Shown here one piece after another: positions 29,786-39,464 of a stretch of 64,000 bases of DNA. The notes under the pieces were generated by a model. The model was not told the DNA's origin and did no database searches. It worked only from the letters and a program-made list of their open reading frames with translations. Location of the stretch: the NCBI GenBank assembly GCA_902767375.1, contig CACXGV010000042.1, positions 1,188-65,187 of the forward strand. Direction: 5' to 3'. The stretch comes from an uncultured Erysipelotrichaceae bacterium (GTDB lineage Bacteria > Bacillota_I > Bacilli_A > RF39 > UBA660). Numbering within the stretch: position 1 is the stretch's first letter; the number at the start of each line of letters is the position of its first letter. The position numbers and the translations under genes are program-made.

Positions 29786-30196
29786 TTATAAGTTTTCTAG
29801 ATAAATTGTTAGAATTCTAGCTATTAATTTAATTAGATTCTTAATACCTTCTTCATAATCAGAGTAGATAGTTATTCTACCTAAGTTGATTGATTCTTTT
29901 ATGATTAATTCTTCGAATTGATATTTTTTATGTTCTGTATAATTATTAAAAATTTCTTTTTCTTGATCTTTAATAATTATATTAATGTGATAGATTTCTA
30001 TTACTTGGTTGCATAATTCATTTATAAATTTCTGATAATTGGATAAAAATGAATACTTTGCAATTGATATCTTTTCATCATTAAGATCAATTAAAATATT
30101 CTCATTTTCTTGAATTTTTAATTTTGTTCTTATCTCCTTAGGAATAACTATTCTTCCTAGTTCATCTATTTTACGAATATAACTCACATACATCAC
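29786..30196 (-). CDS. spoVT: AbrB/SpoVT-family transcriptional regulator (short SpoVT-like)
   Basis: The N-terminal swapped-hairpin motif is IRKIDELGRIVIPKEIRTKL. It lies directly downstream of mfd as Bacillus spoVT does. At 136 aa the C-terminal sensor domain is abbreviated. Confidence 0.7.
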   Translation of the reverse strand: MMYVSYIRKIDELGRIVIPKEIRTKLKIQENENILIDLNDEKISIAKYSFLSNYQKFINELCNQVIEIYHINIIIKDQEKEIFNNYTEHKKYQFEELIIKESINLGRITIYSDYEEGIKNLIKLIARILTIYLENL

Positions 30197-30224
30197 ATAT
30201 ATATTTTGGATACTTTGTTTATTT

Positions 30225-33200
30225 TTATGCTATATCATTTGATATTTCTTCTAATAAATCTACTAAGTAGTATAAATAATGTTTTTCTAGGTTGATGATT
30301 GGTAATCGTATTATGATTCTTTTTGATAAATATTTGATAGTGAATTTTGGATTTATTGAATATAACTGTAAAAATAATTTTTCTCCATTAAGTTTTGTAG
30401 ATACCTCTGGAGGTAAATATAATTCTATGTAAGTTCTTGTTTGAATTACATTATTAATATTTAAATTTAATGCTAATTTTTCAAACCATTCTTCATACAT
30501 GTAAATTTCCATTTTTTCGTCAATTCTACCAAAACGGTCTTCTATTTCTTCTTTAATTTTAGTTAATGAAGCGTAGTCTTTTATTTGATTTATTAACTGA
30601 TGTATTTCTATTCTAACACTTTCATCCGATACATATGATTCGTCAATATGAGTGTCAACATTTATTAAAGTTTTGTCATTTAATGGCTCGTCTGGTGTTT
30701 TAATTCCATGAAGTTCATTCATTGTTTCTTCAATTAATTTAGTATACATTTCGATACCAACGGAATCTATGAAACCGGCCTGTTCGCTACCAAGAATATC
30801 TCCTGCTCCTCTAATGGCTAAATCACGCATGGCAATTTTATAGCCAGATCCAAGTTCAGTAAATTCCTTAATTGCTGATAATCTTTTAGTAGCTGTTTCA
30901 TTTAGCATTTTTCTTTTATCATAAGTTAAGTATGCATACGCTATTTTATTACTTCTTCCAACACGTCCTCTTAATTGGTATAACTGACTTAGCCCATAAT
31001 TTTGTGCATCTATAATAATTAAAGTATTAACATTTGAAATATCAATGCCAGTTTCAATTATTGTTGTGCAAACAAGAATGTCATATTTTTTATCAATAAA
31101 CTCTTCAACAACATTTTCTAGAGTTTGCTTATCCATTTGACCATGGGCATAACAAATTTTAGCTTCTGGTATTAATTTTTTTAAGCGGTTTGCTTCCTCT
31201 TCTATTTTTGATACATTATTAAATAGATAAAATACTTGCCCATTTCTTGATAATTCTTTATATATTGCTTCTTTTATTAAAGTATCAGATTCTTCAATTA
31301 CATATGTTTGAACAGGATATCTGTCCTCTGGAGCTGTATCTAAGATTGATAGGTCTTTAAGTCCTGTCATAGCCATCTTTAAAGTTCTTGGAATTGGAGT
31401 AGCAGATAAAGTTAAAACATTAATATTTTTGGTTAATTCTTTAATTTTTTCTTTTTGTGTTACACCAAATCTTTGCTCTTCATCGACTACTAATAGTCCT
31501 AAGTTTTTATACTTTATTTTTTCATTAAATAGTTTATGAGTACCAAATATTAAATCTATTTTTCCTTCCTCTAGTTCTTTTAAAATTCTATTAAATTCTT
31601 TTTGCGTTGTAAATCTATTAACTATTTCAATATTAATAGCAAAATCTTTAAATCTATTAATGGCACTACTATATTGTTGTCTAGATAGAATAGTAGTTGG
31701 GCAAAGATATGCTACTTGAAATCCATTTATAATAGTATTAAATATTGCTCTAAATGCAACTTCTGTTTTACCAAATCCTACATCTCCGCATAATAAACGA
31801 TCCATTGGCTTGTCTACTCTTAAATCGTGTAATATATCTCTGATGCATTTTGATTGATCCTTAGTTTCAATGTACTCAAAATTATTTGCAAAAACTAAAT
31901 CTTCTGGATATTCCTTAAATATAGGACTTTTTATCTTTGCTCTTTCGGCATATAATTTTAATAATTCTTTAGATATATCTTTAACTTTTGATTTAACATG
32001 AGATTTTGTTTTTTCCCAACTTGGAGAATTTAATCTATTGATTCTTGGTGGTACCCCATCCCCATCTGAATATTTAAAAATTGTATTTATTTTTTCTACA
32101 GGAATATATATTTTATCATTTCCTGCATAGTTTATTTGAAGATAATCTTTTTGAATACCATTTTGAGTTAAGGTAACAACTCCATTATAAATACCAATAC
32201 CATGTGCTGTGTGAACAACATAATCTCCTTTTTTGATGTCATTAAAGTCTTTTATTTTACGGCCTATTTTAACTGTATTATTGTAAGAATGTTTTATACC
32301 TTTATTTTCAATGTCATTATCACTAATATATATTGTATTATTAATAATAAAGCCATTATTTAATTTATTCTTTTCTAAGTAAATCTTCCCTGCTTCATAT
32401 TTTTTATCTTTGCTGATTTCGAAAATTTCTTCTATATATTTTATGGTTTTTTCGTTAGTTAAGCTGAATATTATTTTGTTCTTAGAAAGATTTTTTTCAA
32501 CAAACATTTTTAAAATATTAAAGTTGGTATTAAAATTATCTAAACTTTTACTTTGTAAATCTAATGACCCTTTTGTATTAAAAGTTGATAATTTATATGA
32601 ATCTTTAATATCTATTTCTTCTAGATTAAACATATATTTATATGAAGAATCTATATTCTTTTCTTTTTTATAATTTATAATTTGATCTTGAAGTGTATTG
32701 TATGATGACATTATTGATTCTTCATCAATATATATTACTTTAGGATGATTCATTAGTTCATAGATATTAGTGTTTTCGTTTGTGTTAATTTCATCATAAG
32801 GTAATATTTCAATTAAATTATGATTTTTTATTGATAACTGAGATTCAGAATCAAATGATTTTATTTTTTCTACCGTGTTTCCAAAGAGTTCGATTCTTAT
32901 AGGATTATCCATATTATATGGAAAAAGATCAATTACAAAACCTCTAATTGAATACTCACCTGAGGAAGATACTATTGAGGTTTTGTTGTATCCGAATTTA
33001 TCTAGTAATTCTTCGAAGGTAGCTCGATTTATTTCTTTATTTACATCTAATTTTATTACAAGTTTTTCTAATGTTTTTGAAGTAGGAACAAATTTTAAAA
33101 ATCCGGTTAAGTTAGTTACTACTATATAATCTTTATCATTATTAATTATATTGAGAGTTTCTAGTCTCTTTACTTTTAAATCTGGAGATATTGCAACAGC

Positions 33201-33425
33201 TACTGATGTTAGAAATTCATCCATCGGAAAAAGAAGGACTTTATCGTTGTAGGTCCTTAATAAATCATAATATTTAGTAGCTTGGTATAGATTACTGGTA
33301 AGTATTATTTGGCATTTTTTATCTTTTTCATATAAATAATTTATATATAATACTTTTAATTCATCTGTTAAGCCACTAATATTGGTAGAATCAATATTGT
33401 TAAAAATATCTTCCAAGGTCTTCAT
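30225..33425 (-). CDS. mfd: Transcription-repair coupling factor
   Basis: The 1066-aa product has a CarD/RID segment (GDYVVHTAHGIGIY). The SF2 helicase motifs are DRLLCGDVGFGKTEVA, DEEQRFG and QLRGRVGR. Confidence 0.93.
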   Translation of the reverse strand: MKTLEDIFNNIDSTNISGLTDELKVLYINYLYEKDKKCQIILTSNLYQATKYYDLLRTYNDKVLLFPMDEFLTSVAVAISPDLKVKRLETLNIINNDKDYIVVTNLTGFLKFVPTSKTLEKLVIKLDVNKEINRATFEELLDKFGYNKTSIVSSSGEYSIRGFVIDLFPYNMDNPIRIELFGNTVEKIKSFDSESQLSIKNHNLIEILPYDEINTNENTNIYELMNHPKVIYIDEESIMSSYNTLQDQIINYKKEKNIDSSYKYMFNLEEIDIKDSYKLSTFNTKGSLDLQSKSLDNFNTNFNILKMFVEKNLSKNKIIFSLTNEKTIKYIEEIFEISKDKKYEAGKIYLEKNKLNNGFIINNTIYISDNDIENKGIKHSYNNTVKIGRKIKDFNDIKKGDYVVHTAHGIGIYNGVVTLTQNGIQKDYLQINYAGNDKIYIPVEKINTIFKYSDGDGVPPRINRLNSPSWEKTKSHVKSKVKDISKELLKLYAERAKIKSPIFKEYPEDLVFANNFEYIETKDQSKCIRDILHDLRVDKPMDRLLCGDVGFGKTEVAFRAIFNTIINGFQVAYLCPTTILSRQQYSSAINRFKDFAINIEIVNRFTTQKEFNRILKELEEGKIDLIFGTHKLFNEKIKYKNLGLLVVDEEQRFGVTQKEKIKELTKNINVLTLSATPIPRTLKMAMTGLKDLSILDTAPEDRYPVQTYVIEESDTLIKEAIYKELSRNGQVFYLFNNVSKIEEEANRLKKLIPEAKICYAHGQMDKQTLENVVEEFIDKKYDILVCTTIIETGIDISNVNTLIIIDAQNYGLSQLYQLRGRVGRSNKIAYAYLTYDKRKMLNETATKRLSAIKEFTELGSGYKIAMRDLAIRGAGDILGSEQAGFIDSVGIEMYTKLIEETMNELHGIKTPDEPLNDKTLINVDTHIDESYVSDESVRIEIHQLINQIKDYASLTKIKEEIEDRFGRIDEKMEIYMYEEWFEKLALNLNINNVIQTRTYIELYLPPEVSTKLNGEKLFLQLYSINPKFTIKYLSKRIIIRLPIINLEKHYLYYLVDLLEEISNDIA

Positions 33426-33426
33426 T

Positions 33427-33960
33427 TTAATTATATTTATTCATTAATCTTTCTACATCTATGTCATTAATAAAATCGTCTAAAATAGAATTCGACTTAC
33501 TAAAGGAATCGTTTAGTATTTGTTGCTCTTCTTTATTAAACTTTGATAAAACGTAATCTATTACATCATTATCTGGTTTTGAAATACCAATTTTTAAACG
33601 TAAAAAATCGTTAGTATTAAGAAATTTAATGATATCCTTAATACCATTGTGTCCGCCAGATGAACTGTTCTTTTTAAGACGAATACAGCCTATATCAAGA
33701 TCCATATCATCTTGAATTACTAATAAATCTTTAATTTCAATTTTATAGTAATTTAAGTAATATTCTACTGCACAGCCAGATAGATTCATGTATGTTGTTG
33801 GTTTAATATAAATTACATCATTATTCTTATATACGTATGCTAGTTTATCTGTTTTCCAGTTAACGTTTCCAAGATAATTATCTAACACCATATAGCCAAT
33901 ATTATGGCGAGTATTTTGATAATTTTGTCCTGGATTTCCTAATCCTACTATTAATTTCAT
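33427..33960 (-). CDS. pth: Peptidyl-tRNA hydrolase
   Basis: MKLIVGLGNPG..Y..TRHNIG and GGHNGIKDI are present. Confidence 0.92.
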   Translation of the reverse strand: MKLIVGLGNPGQNYQNTRHNIGYMVLDNYLGNVNWKTDKLAYVYKNNDVIYIKPTTYMNLSGCAVEYYLNYYKIEIKDLLVIQDDMDLDIGCIRLKKNSSSGGHNGIKDIIKFLNTNDFLRLKIGISKPDNDVIDYVLSKFNKEEQQILNDSFSKSNSILDDFINDIDVERLMNKYN

Positions 33961-34649
33961 AATATATCACCTCGATAATTTGCTGTTATTAGTGGTTTTT
34001 CAATAATGGTATTATTCTTACCACCCTTCATAGCTTCTATTAAAACTACATTACAGTTAGATTCATAATCATTATAAGCAAATTCTAGTCTTTTTATCCC
34101 AAAATGGTACTTTTGAAGTAAATTTATAATTTCAATTAATCTTTCTGAATGGTGGACAAGATAAAATGTTCCTTTTGGTTTTAATAAGCGTTCAGATATT
34201 TGAATTATTTCTTCTAATGTAATTTCAATTTCATGCCTAGCAATTGATTTTATCATATTCTCATTAATTATGGAATCTTTTTGATATTTAAAGTATGGTG
34301 GATTACATGTTATTATGTCAAATTCATTCGGCAAAAAATATTCCTGGTAATTTTTAATATTGTCGTTTATTAGTTTAATATTATTTATTTTATTAATTTT
34401 TATAGATTCTTTAGCAAGTTCATATACTTCTTTTTGGAGTTCTACCGCCGTTATCATGTCTATTTTATCTGATAAGATAATTGGTATTGGTGCATTACCA
34501 GTACACAAATCTAGCATTTTTTTGTCTGTAAATTTAATATTAACAAAATCTGCTAAGAGAATAGAATCTAAAGAAAATTTAAAATAGTCCTTATTTTGAA
34601 CTATTTTATATCCATAATTGTATAAATCGTTTACTTCATTATTTTTCAC
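33957..34649 (-). CDS. tRNA1(Val) (adenine37-N6)-methyltransferase (YabB/TrmN6 family)
   Basis: DLCTGNAPIP is the SAM motif and ITCNPPYF is the N6-MTase NPPY motif. Confidence 0.75.
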   Translation of the reverse strand: MKNNEVNDLYNYGYKIVQNKDYFKFSLDSILLADFVNIKFTDKKMLDLCTGNAPIPIILSDKIDMITAVELQKEVYELAKESIKINKINNIKLINDNIKNYQEYFLPNEFDIITCNPPYFKYQKDSIINENMIKSIARHEIEITLEEIIQISERLLKPKGTFYLVHHSERLIEIINLLQKYHFGIKRLEFAYNDYESNCNVVLIEAMKGGKNNTIIEKPLITANYRGDIL

Positions 34650-35409
34650 GGATATCTATTTCAATTTCCTCTCCGTCTTTATCAATTGTATATTTACCAG
34701 CTAGTAAATCATTTGAGATTACTTTATACTCTTTGCCTTTATATTTCACTGTAGAACCGACTTGAGGAATGTTTTTTCGACATTCTGAGTATATTTCATC
34801 TTCATATGCAAGACAACATAGCAAACGACCACAACTACCATTAATTTTATTTGGATTCAAAGCGATATTTTGATTCTTAGCCATGTTTATAGAAATAGTA
34901 TCTAATCTATTTAGGAATGAAGTACAGCAAAGAGGTCTTCCACAGGGTCCTATACCACCGATTTCTTTTGCCTTATCCCTTACTCCAATCTGATGTAAAT
35001 CAATTCTGACTTTGTATTTTGCAGCAAGCATTTTAACTAGTTCTCTAAAGTCAATTCTTTCATCAGCAATAAAATTAATTATTAACTGCTTATGGTCAAA
35101 TGTATATGATGCATCAACAAATTGCATATCTAGGCCTAATTCATTAGCATAATTTGTTGCAACTTTTAACGTGTCTTTAGCTTCTTTTAATGATTTTAAA
35201 TATTTATCATAGTCCATTTTTGTGGCCATTCTTAAAACATTTTTAAGTTCATATTCTATATTTCTGTCGTCTACGAATTCTACTTTACCAAATTGTTCTC
35301 CTTTTTCAGTTTCAACAATTACATAGTCTCCTTTTTTTAAAGTTAAATCATTTCTATTAAAATAATAAACTTTACCGGCATCTTTATATACAATTCCGCA
35401 TACTTCCAT
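34639..35409 (-). CDS. ricT: PSP1-domain protein YaaT/RicT (stage 0 sporulation protein)
   Basis: The PSP1 C-terminal pattern has two Cys clusters, GPCGRPLCC and NGSCGRLLCC. It lies adjacent to holB as in Bacillus. Confidence 0.85.
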   Translation of the reverse strand: MEVCGIVYKDAGKVYYFNRNDLTLKKGDYVIVETEKGEQFGKVEFVDDRNIEYELKNVLRMATKMDYDKYLKSLKEAKDTLKVATNYANELGLDMQFVDASYTFDHKQLIINFIADERIDFRELVKMLAAKYKVRIDLHQIGVRDKAKEIGGIGPCGRPLCCTSFLNRLDTISINMAKNQNIALNPNKINGSCGRLLCCLAYEDEIYSECRKNIPQVGSTVKYKGKEYKVISNDLLAGKYTIDKDGEEIEIDIREK

Positions 35410-35410
35410 G

Positions 35411-36145
35411 TTATTTCCTCATTTCTATAAATAATTTATCTAATGATAATTCTATATTTACGTTGCTTTTTATTAATTCTTTTATATTATCTAATATTTT
35501 GTAATAGTTTGCAAGTAAAGAAATATCTGCAGAAGTTGTAATTTTATTATTTATGAGTTCTTTTGTATTTTGGATTATATTAATAATGTCTATTTTTTCA
35601 TATCCTAATAATTCTTGTTTTAATTTTATGATTTCTTCATATGAAAGACTTGCTGCAGTTATTATTCTTTCACAAAGATTTTGGTTTGTAATGATTTTTT
35701 CTTGTTCTTGATAATATTGTACGAATTTTTTGCATCTACTCTTAATAGTAGGAATAATCTGACTATCATCTTTTGTAATTAGGAATCCTATAACATTATT
35801 TGATGGTTCCTCAAGGACTTTTAATAATTTATTATAAGCTGATGAATTCATTAATTCTGCATTTTTAATAAAATATATTTTAATAGTATCTAGTACTGAT
35901 GTTGTTATGGTAAATTTTTGTAAATCTAATATCTTTGAACGATCAATCAGATTGTTTTCTGGTTCAATTATTTTGATGCTAATGTTGTTGTTAATATTTT
36001 TTTCTTCTATTAAATTATTTTTTACAAAAAGATCATGGACATCTTCGCATAATTTATCACAGTTATTTGTTTCAACTAAAAAAGCATGAGAAATCATTTT
36101 CTCATTTATTTCATTTTGAAGATATTTAATTATGTTATCTGTCAT
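35411..36145 (-). CDS. holB: DNA polymerase III delta' subunit (short)
   Basis: SHAFLV, NKLLKVLEEP and PTIKSRC are present. It is only 244 aa long. Confidence 0.75.
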   Translation of the reverse strand: MTDNIIKYLQNEINEKMISHAFLVETNNCDKLCEDVHDLFVKNNLIEEKNINNNISIKIIEPENNLIDRSKILDLQKFTITTSVLDTIKIYFIKNAELMNSSAYNKLLKVLEEPSNNVIGFLITKDDSQIIPTIKSRCKKFVQYYQEQEKIITNQNLCERIITAASLSYEEIIKLKQELLGYEKIDIINIIQNTKELINNKITTSADISLLANYYKILDNIKELIKSNVNIELSLDKLFIEMRK

Positions 36146-36159
36146 ATTACATCACTCTT

Positions 36160-36339
36160 TCAAATTAGAAAGAAAAATGATAGAGCTAGCATTATAATTC
36201 CAGGAAAACCTAGCAATATAACTATTAGCAGTGTATAGTAATTTATTGGAATAAATATATTAAATCCCCTTAGTAGTAAATCTAAACTATAAATACTTAT
36301 GAATGCAAATATTATTCTATTTATTATTTTTTTGATCAT
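36160..36339 (-). CDS. bofA: BofA-family pro-sigma-K processing inhibitor (59 aa, below the ORF-track cutoff)
   Basis: Hand translation gives MIKKIINRIIFAFISIYSLDLLLRGFNIFIPINYYTLLIVILLGFPGIIMLALSFFFLI*. It has two TM segments. The IPIN...LG.PG motif matches BofA as I remember it. The position next to recR matches Bacillus (recR-yaaL-bofA). Confidence 0.6.
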   Translation of the reverse strand: MIKKIINRIIFAFISIYSLDLLLRGFNIFIPINYYTLLIVILLGFPGIIMLALSFFFLI

Positions 36340-36372
36340 ACTTATTTATATGTTATTTAGATAATTTATATG

Positions 36373-36969
36373 CTATACATTTTTTCTATCTTCAAATGCT
36401 CTTTCTAGTGTTAAAGAATCTAAATAATCTAATTCAGCGCCAACTGGTAATCCATAGGATAATCTAGTTACTTTAACTTTTGATTTTTCTAATATTTTAT
36501 TTAAATATTGAGTTGTTGTTTCTCCTTCTATTGTTGGTTTTAGTGCTATAACTAACTCAACATTTGTTCCTTCTTCACATCTCTTTATTAAACTATCAAT
36601 ATTTAAATCGTATGGGGTTATTCCATTAATTGGTGATATTAATCCATTAAGAACATGATATACGCCTTGGAATTTTCCCATCTTTTCAAGTGCAAATATA
36701 CTCTTATAATCTTCTACTACACATATAAGATTTTTATTTCTATTATCACTCTCACATATTTGACAATTTTTGTTAGTGGTCAAATTTCCACATATTTCAC
36801 ATGGATGTAATTCTTTTTTGGCATTTATCATAGTTTTAGAAAATAGATTTATGTCATCCTCTGATGATTCTATTATTGATAGAGCCAATCGTTCTGCAGA
36901 TTTTTCTCCTATACCTGGTAATTTTTTAAAATATTCGATTAATTCTTCAAGGATTTTTGGATAAATCAT
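36373..36969 (-). CDS. recR: Recombination protein RecR
   Basis: LPGIGEKSAERLA is the HhH motif. It has a C4 zinc finger (CEICGN...CQIC) and a Toprim domain. Confidence 0.93.
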   Translation of the reverse strand: MIYPKILEELIEYFKKLPGIGEKSAERLALSIIESSEDDINLFSKTMINAKKELHPCEICGNLTTNKNCQICESDNRNKNLICVVEDYKSIFALEKMGKFQGVYHVLNGLISPINGITPYDLNIDSLIKRCEEGTNVELVIALKPTIEGETTTQYLNKILEKSKVKVTRLSYGLPVGAELDYLDSLTLERAFEDRKNV

Positions 36970-37268
36970 TAGAATAAACCGTTTAGTCCTTTAGCATATG
37001 CACCTAATTTTGCTTCAGTCTCTTTTTCTACTTTAGTTACTGCTTCATTAAATGCAATTTTTATCATATCTTCTAAAGCATCTATATCATCTGCATCTGT
37101 TATGATGCTTTTGTCAATATTTACACTAACTATTTCTTTTTTACCATTTATAGTAAGTTTTACAGCCTGTGATGAGCCTTCAAACTCAGTTTTATTTATT
37201 TCTTCTTGTTTTTTTTGAATGTCTCTTTGCATTCTTTGGGCTTGCGCCATGAGATTTTGCATATTCAT
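36969..37268 (-). CDS. ybaB: Nucleoid-associated protein YbaB/EbfC
   Basis: The 99-aa product contains MQNLMAQAQRMQRDIQKKQEE...F.G.S....V..T.NG. It lies between dnaX and recR. Confidence 0.9.
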   Translation of the reverse strand: MNMQNLMAQAQRMQRDIQKKQEEINKTEFEGSSQAVKLTINGKKEIVSVNIDKSIITDADDIDALEDMIKIAFNEAVTKVEKETEAKLGAYAKGLNGLF

Positions 37269-37280
37269 TTTTATTTCCTC

Positions 37281-38852
37281 CTAATTTACTTCTACAATCT
37301 CTTCTGCAAATATATCTAATGCTGAATCAATTATTTTAACATCTTCGTTAATTTTTGGTTCATCTATGTAACTATATTCTTTGTCTTTATTTTTTATAAA
37401 TTGCTTTTTTTCTTTTTGCCATTCATCATCAGTTAAGCATATTGTTTTTATATTAATTTTTTCACTTTTTAATAGTTCTTCTTCTATTAAATTGGATTTT
37501 TCATTATACAAAAGTGCGGTTGATGATGATTTTATTGAAAACAATACATTAGTTGGCGAAACAACTTCGATAGAAAGATCTTCTAGAAGAGATAACATTT
37601 CAACATTTGATTTATCAATCTCTTTATTTATAAATATTTCCCAAGATTTTTTAAATTTTTCTTTTTCCTGTTTTGAAGCTCCAACAAATGCATTATTAAT
37701 TCTAATTTTTTTAATATCATCGGAAATTACAGGCTTTGATTCTATTTTTAATTCTGCACTTTCTTCTTTTTCACTTGTTACTTCGGTTGGCTTTGAAATT
37801 ATTTCCCGGGAAATAATTTCAGGGTTTTTTTCTTGGGAAATAATTTGGGAAATATTACTTACAATAATCATTTTTATAAGTAATAAGGCATCTTGCTTGT
37901 TATAACATTTTATTAGTTCGTTTGCCATTGTTTTAATTTGATCTATTGATAAAAAGTGTTTTTTTCCAGAAACTATCCCTATTTCCAAGGTATAAAGGTA
38001 GTTTAATATTTTTGAAATTAGCAAGTTTGTGTCCAATCCTTTTTTTGAATATTCATCGAATATTCCTTCAAGCTTTTCTATGTCCCCTTTAGATAAACAG
38101 TTAAATATCTCTTCAACCTCATTTTCAGTTAATACACCAAAAGATTCCTGGATTAAATCCACAGTTATTTCTTTTTCTTCTTTTGATAATTGATCAAGTA
38201 AACTCAAAGCATCTCTCATACCGCCATCAGCTAATGAAGCTATATAGTTAGCGGCTTCTTGGTTTATTTTTATTTTTTCCAATTTAGAAATTCTTAATAT
38301 ATTTTCTGCTATAATTTCAACTGAAATTTTTTGAAAGTTAAATCTTTGACATCTTGAAAGGATTGTTATTGGTATTTTTTGGATTTCAGTTGTTGCTAGA
38401 ATGAATATTACATGCTTTGGTGGTTCTTCTAATATCTTTAAGAACGCATTCCAAGCACTTTGTGACAACATGTGTACTTCATCTATTATATATACTTTAT
38501 ATTTACTGAATGCAGGTAATATTTTTGCGTTATCTCTTAAATCTCTTATTTCATCAACTCCATTATTTGAAGCAGCATCTATTTCAATTATATCTGGAGA
38601 TTGTTCATAGTTAATGCATGGCATACATTTATTGCATGGTATACCATCTTTAGGATTTTCACAGTTTATTGTTTTAGCAAATAGTTTTGCTGTACTTGTT
38701 TTTCCTGTTCCTCTAGGGCCGGAGAATAAATAAGCGTGTGAAATTTTATCATTAATTATAGAATCTATTAGTAATTTTTTTATTGTGTTTTGACCAAATA
38801 AGGTGTTAAAGTCTTGTGGTCTATATTTACGGTATAATACTTTATATGCCAT
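37281..38852 (-). CDS. dnaX: DNA polymerase III subunit gamma/tau
   Basis: GPRGTGKTS is the Walker A motif. The zinc module is CENP..GIPCNKCMPC. IIDEVHMLS and SRC are also present. Confidence 0.93.
   Translation of the reverse strand: MAYKVLYRKYRPQDFNTLFGQNTIKKLLIDSIINDKISHAYLFSGPRGTGKTSTAKLFAKTINCENPKDGIPCNKCMPCINYEQSPDIIEIDAASNNGVDEIRDLRDNAKILPAFSKYKVYIIDEVHMLSQSAWNAFLKILEEPPKHVIFILATTEIQKIPITILSRCQRFNFQKISVEIIAENILRISKLEKIKINQEAANYIASLADGGMRDALSLLDQLSKEEKEITVDLIQESFGVLTENEVEEIFNCLSKGDIEKLEGIFDEYSKKGLDTNLLISKILNYLYTLEIGIVSGKKHFLSIDQIKTMANELIKCYNKQDALLLIKMIIVSNISQIISQEKNPEIISREIISKPTEVTSEKEESAELKIESKPVISDDIKKIRINNAFVGASKQEKEKFKKSWEIFINKEIDKSNVEMLSLLEDLSIEVVSPTNVLFSIKSSSTALLYNEKSNLIEEELLKSEKINIKTICLTDDEWQKEKKQFIKNKDKEYSYIDEPKINEDVKIIDSALDIFAEEIVEVN
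37800..37815. promoter_or_regulatory. Noc-binding-site (NBS)-type palindrome TATTTCCCGGGAAATA inside dnaX
   Basis: This perfect 16-bp palindrome contains the 14-bp B. subtilis NBS consensus ATTTCCCGGGAAAT. Degenerate half-sites (TTGGGAAATAATTTGGGAAAT) follow it. It lies in the poorly conserved tau linker (peptide ...EIISREIISKP...). Confidence 0.55.
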
Positions 38853-38891
38853 ATTTCCTCCCTAGATTTATTATACCATATTAAACCTTTT

Positions 38892-39326
38892 TTATCGTTT
38901 ATTTTGCCAAAATTTTTTCATTATATTTAGATATTCATTAGTAAAGTTTTCAACATTTTTTTGCATTTTGTTTATATTATTAAATTCTGTCTTTTTATAT
39001 TGCTTTTTTTCTTGGTTTCTTTCTAGAAAATAATATACTTTTTCTATTCTGCTCTCTTTGATAACTGTTTTGCACATTTCACATGGTTCTAGTGTTACAT
39101 ACATTGTACATTTGTTCGCTCTCCAGTTTTTTATTTTTTTATTAGCTTTAGTTATTGCTATTATTTCTGCATGATCTATAGTTTTATGTGATTTATTTCT
39201 TTTGTTGTAGGCTTTTGCAATGATTTTACCATTTTCCACAATAATTGCTGCAACTGGACTTTCATCATTTTTTTCAGCTTTTTTTACTAACTTTGTTAGT
39301 TCTTGTATTATTTTATCAACATTCAT
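38892..39326 (-). CDS. tadA: tRNA-specific adenosine deaminase
   Basis: HAEIIAI and PCEMC are the CDA zinc motifs. It is 144 aa long. Confidence 0.88.
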   Translation of the reverse strand: MNVDKIIQELTKLVKKAEKNDESPVAAIIVENGKIIAKAYNKRNKSHKTIDHAEIIAITKANKKIKNWRANKCTMYVTLEPCEMCKTVIKESRIEKVYYFLERNQEKKQYKKTEFNNINKMQKNVENFTNEYLNIMKKFWQNKR

Positions 39327-39337
39327 TTTTTACTCCT

Positions 39338-39417
39338 AAAAAAAGCGCACATACAAAGAGGCAAATATGGCTGCTTTCTTCCGAATCTGACCAGTTTATT
39401 GCATATGTATTGCGCAA
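39338..39417 (-). ncRNA. ffs: Signal recognition particle RNA, short (4.5S-like) form
   Basis: The minus strand reads GCGCAATACATATGCAATAAACTGGTCAGATTCGGAAGAAAGCAGCCATATTTGCCTCTTTGTATGTGCGC followed by a T7 run. It contains the conserved domain IV GGUCAG.UUC[GGAA]GAAAGCAGCC with a GNRA tetraloop and symmetric loop. The closing helix is GCGCA.AUACA/UGUAU.UGCGC. A promoter and a T-run bracket it tightly. Confidence 0.8.
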
Positions 39418-39421
39418 TTTA

Positions 39422-39451
39422 ATAATATCATATTTTTAATTATAATGGCAA
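39422..39451 (-). promoter_or_regulatory. Promoter of the SRP RNA gene
   Basis: On the minus strand TTGCCA is followed by an 18-nt spacer and TATTAT, with a TGn extended -10 (TGATATTAT). The predicted start is about 7 nt downstream, at the first G of the closing helix. Confidence 0.6.
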
Positions 39452-39464
39452 TCATTACTTATTA

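Noticed and set aside
37404-37410. An A AAA AAG slippery heptamer lies in the zero frame of dnaX (GAA AAA AAG). It is identical to the E. coli dnaX -1 frameshift site.
   Set aside because: It lies about 45 codons from the C-terminus. A -1 shift would terminate after 7 codons and remove only the tail, not domains IV-V. I see no downstream stem-loop or upstream SD-like stimulator. Such A-runs are expected by chance in DNA this AT-rich.
39245-39439. A 64-aa plus-strand ORF covers the tadA 5' end and the region I call SRP RNA.
   Set aside because: The region is better explained by the tadA start and the conserved SRP RNA domain IV on the opposite strand.
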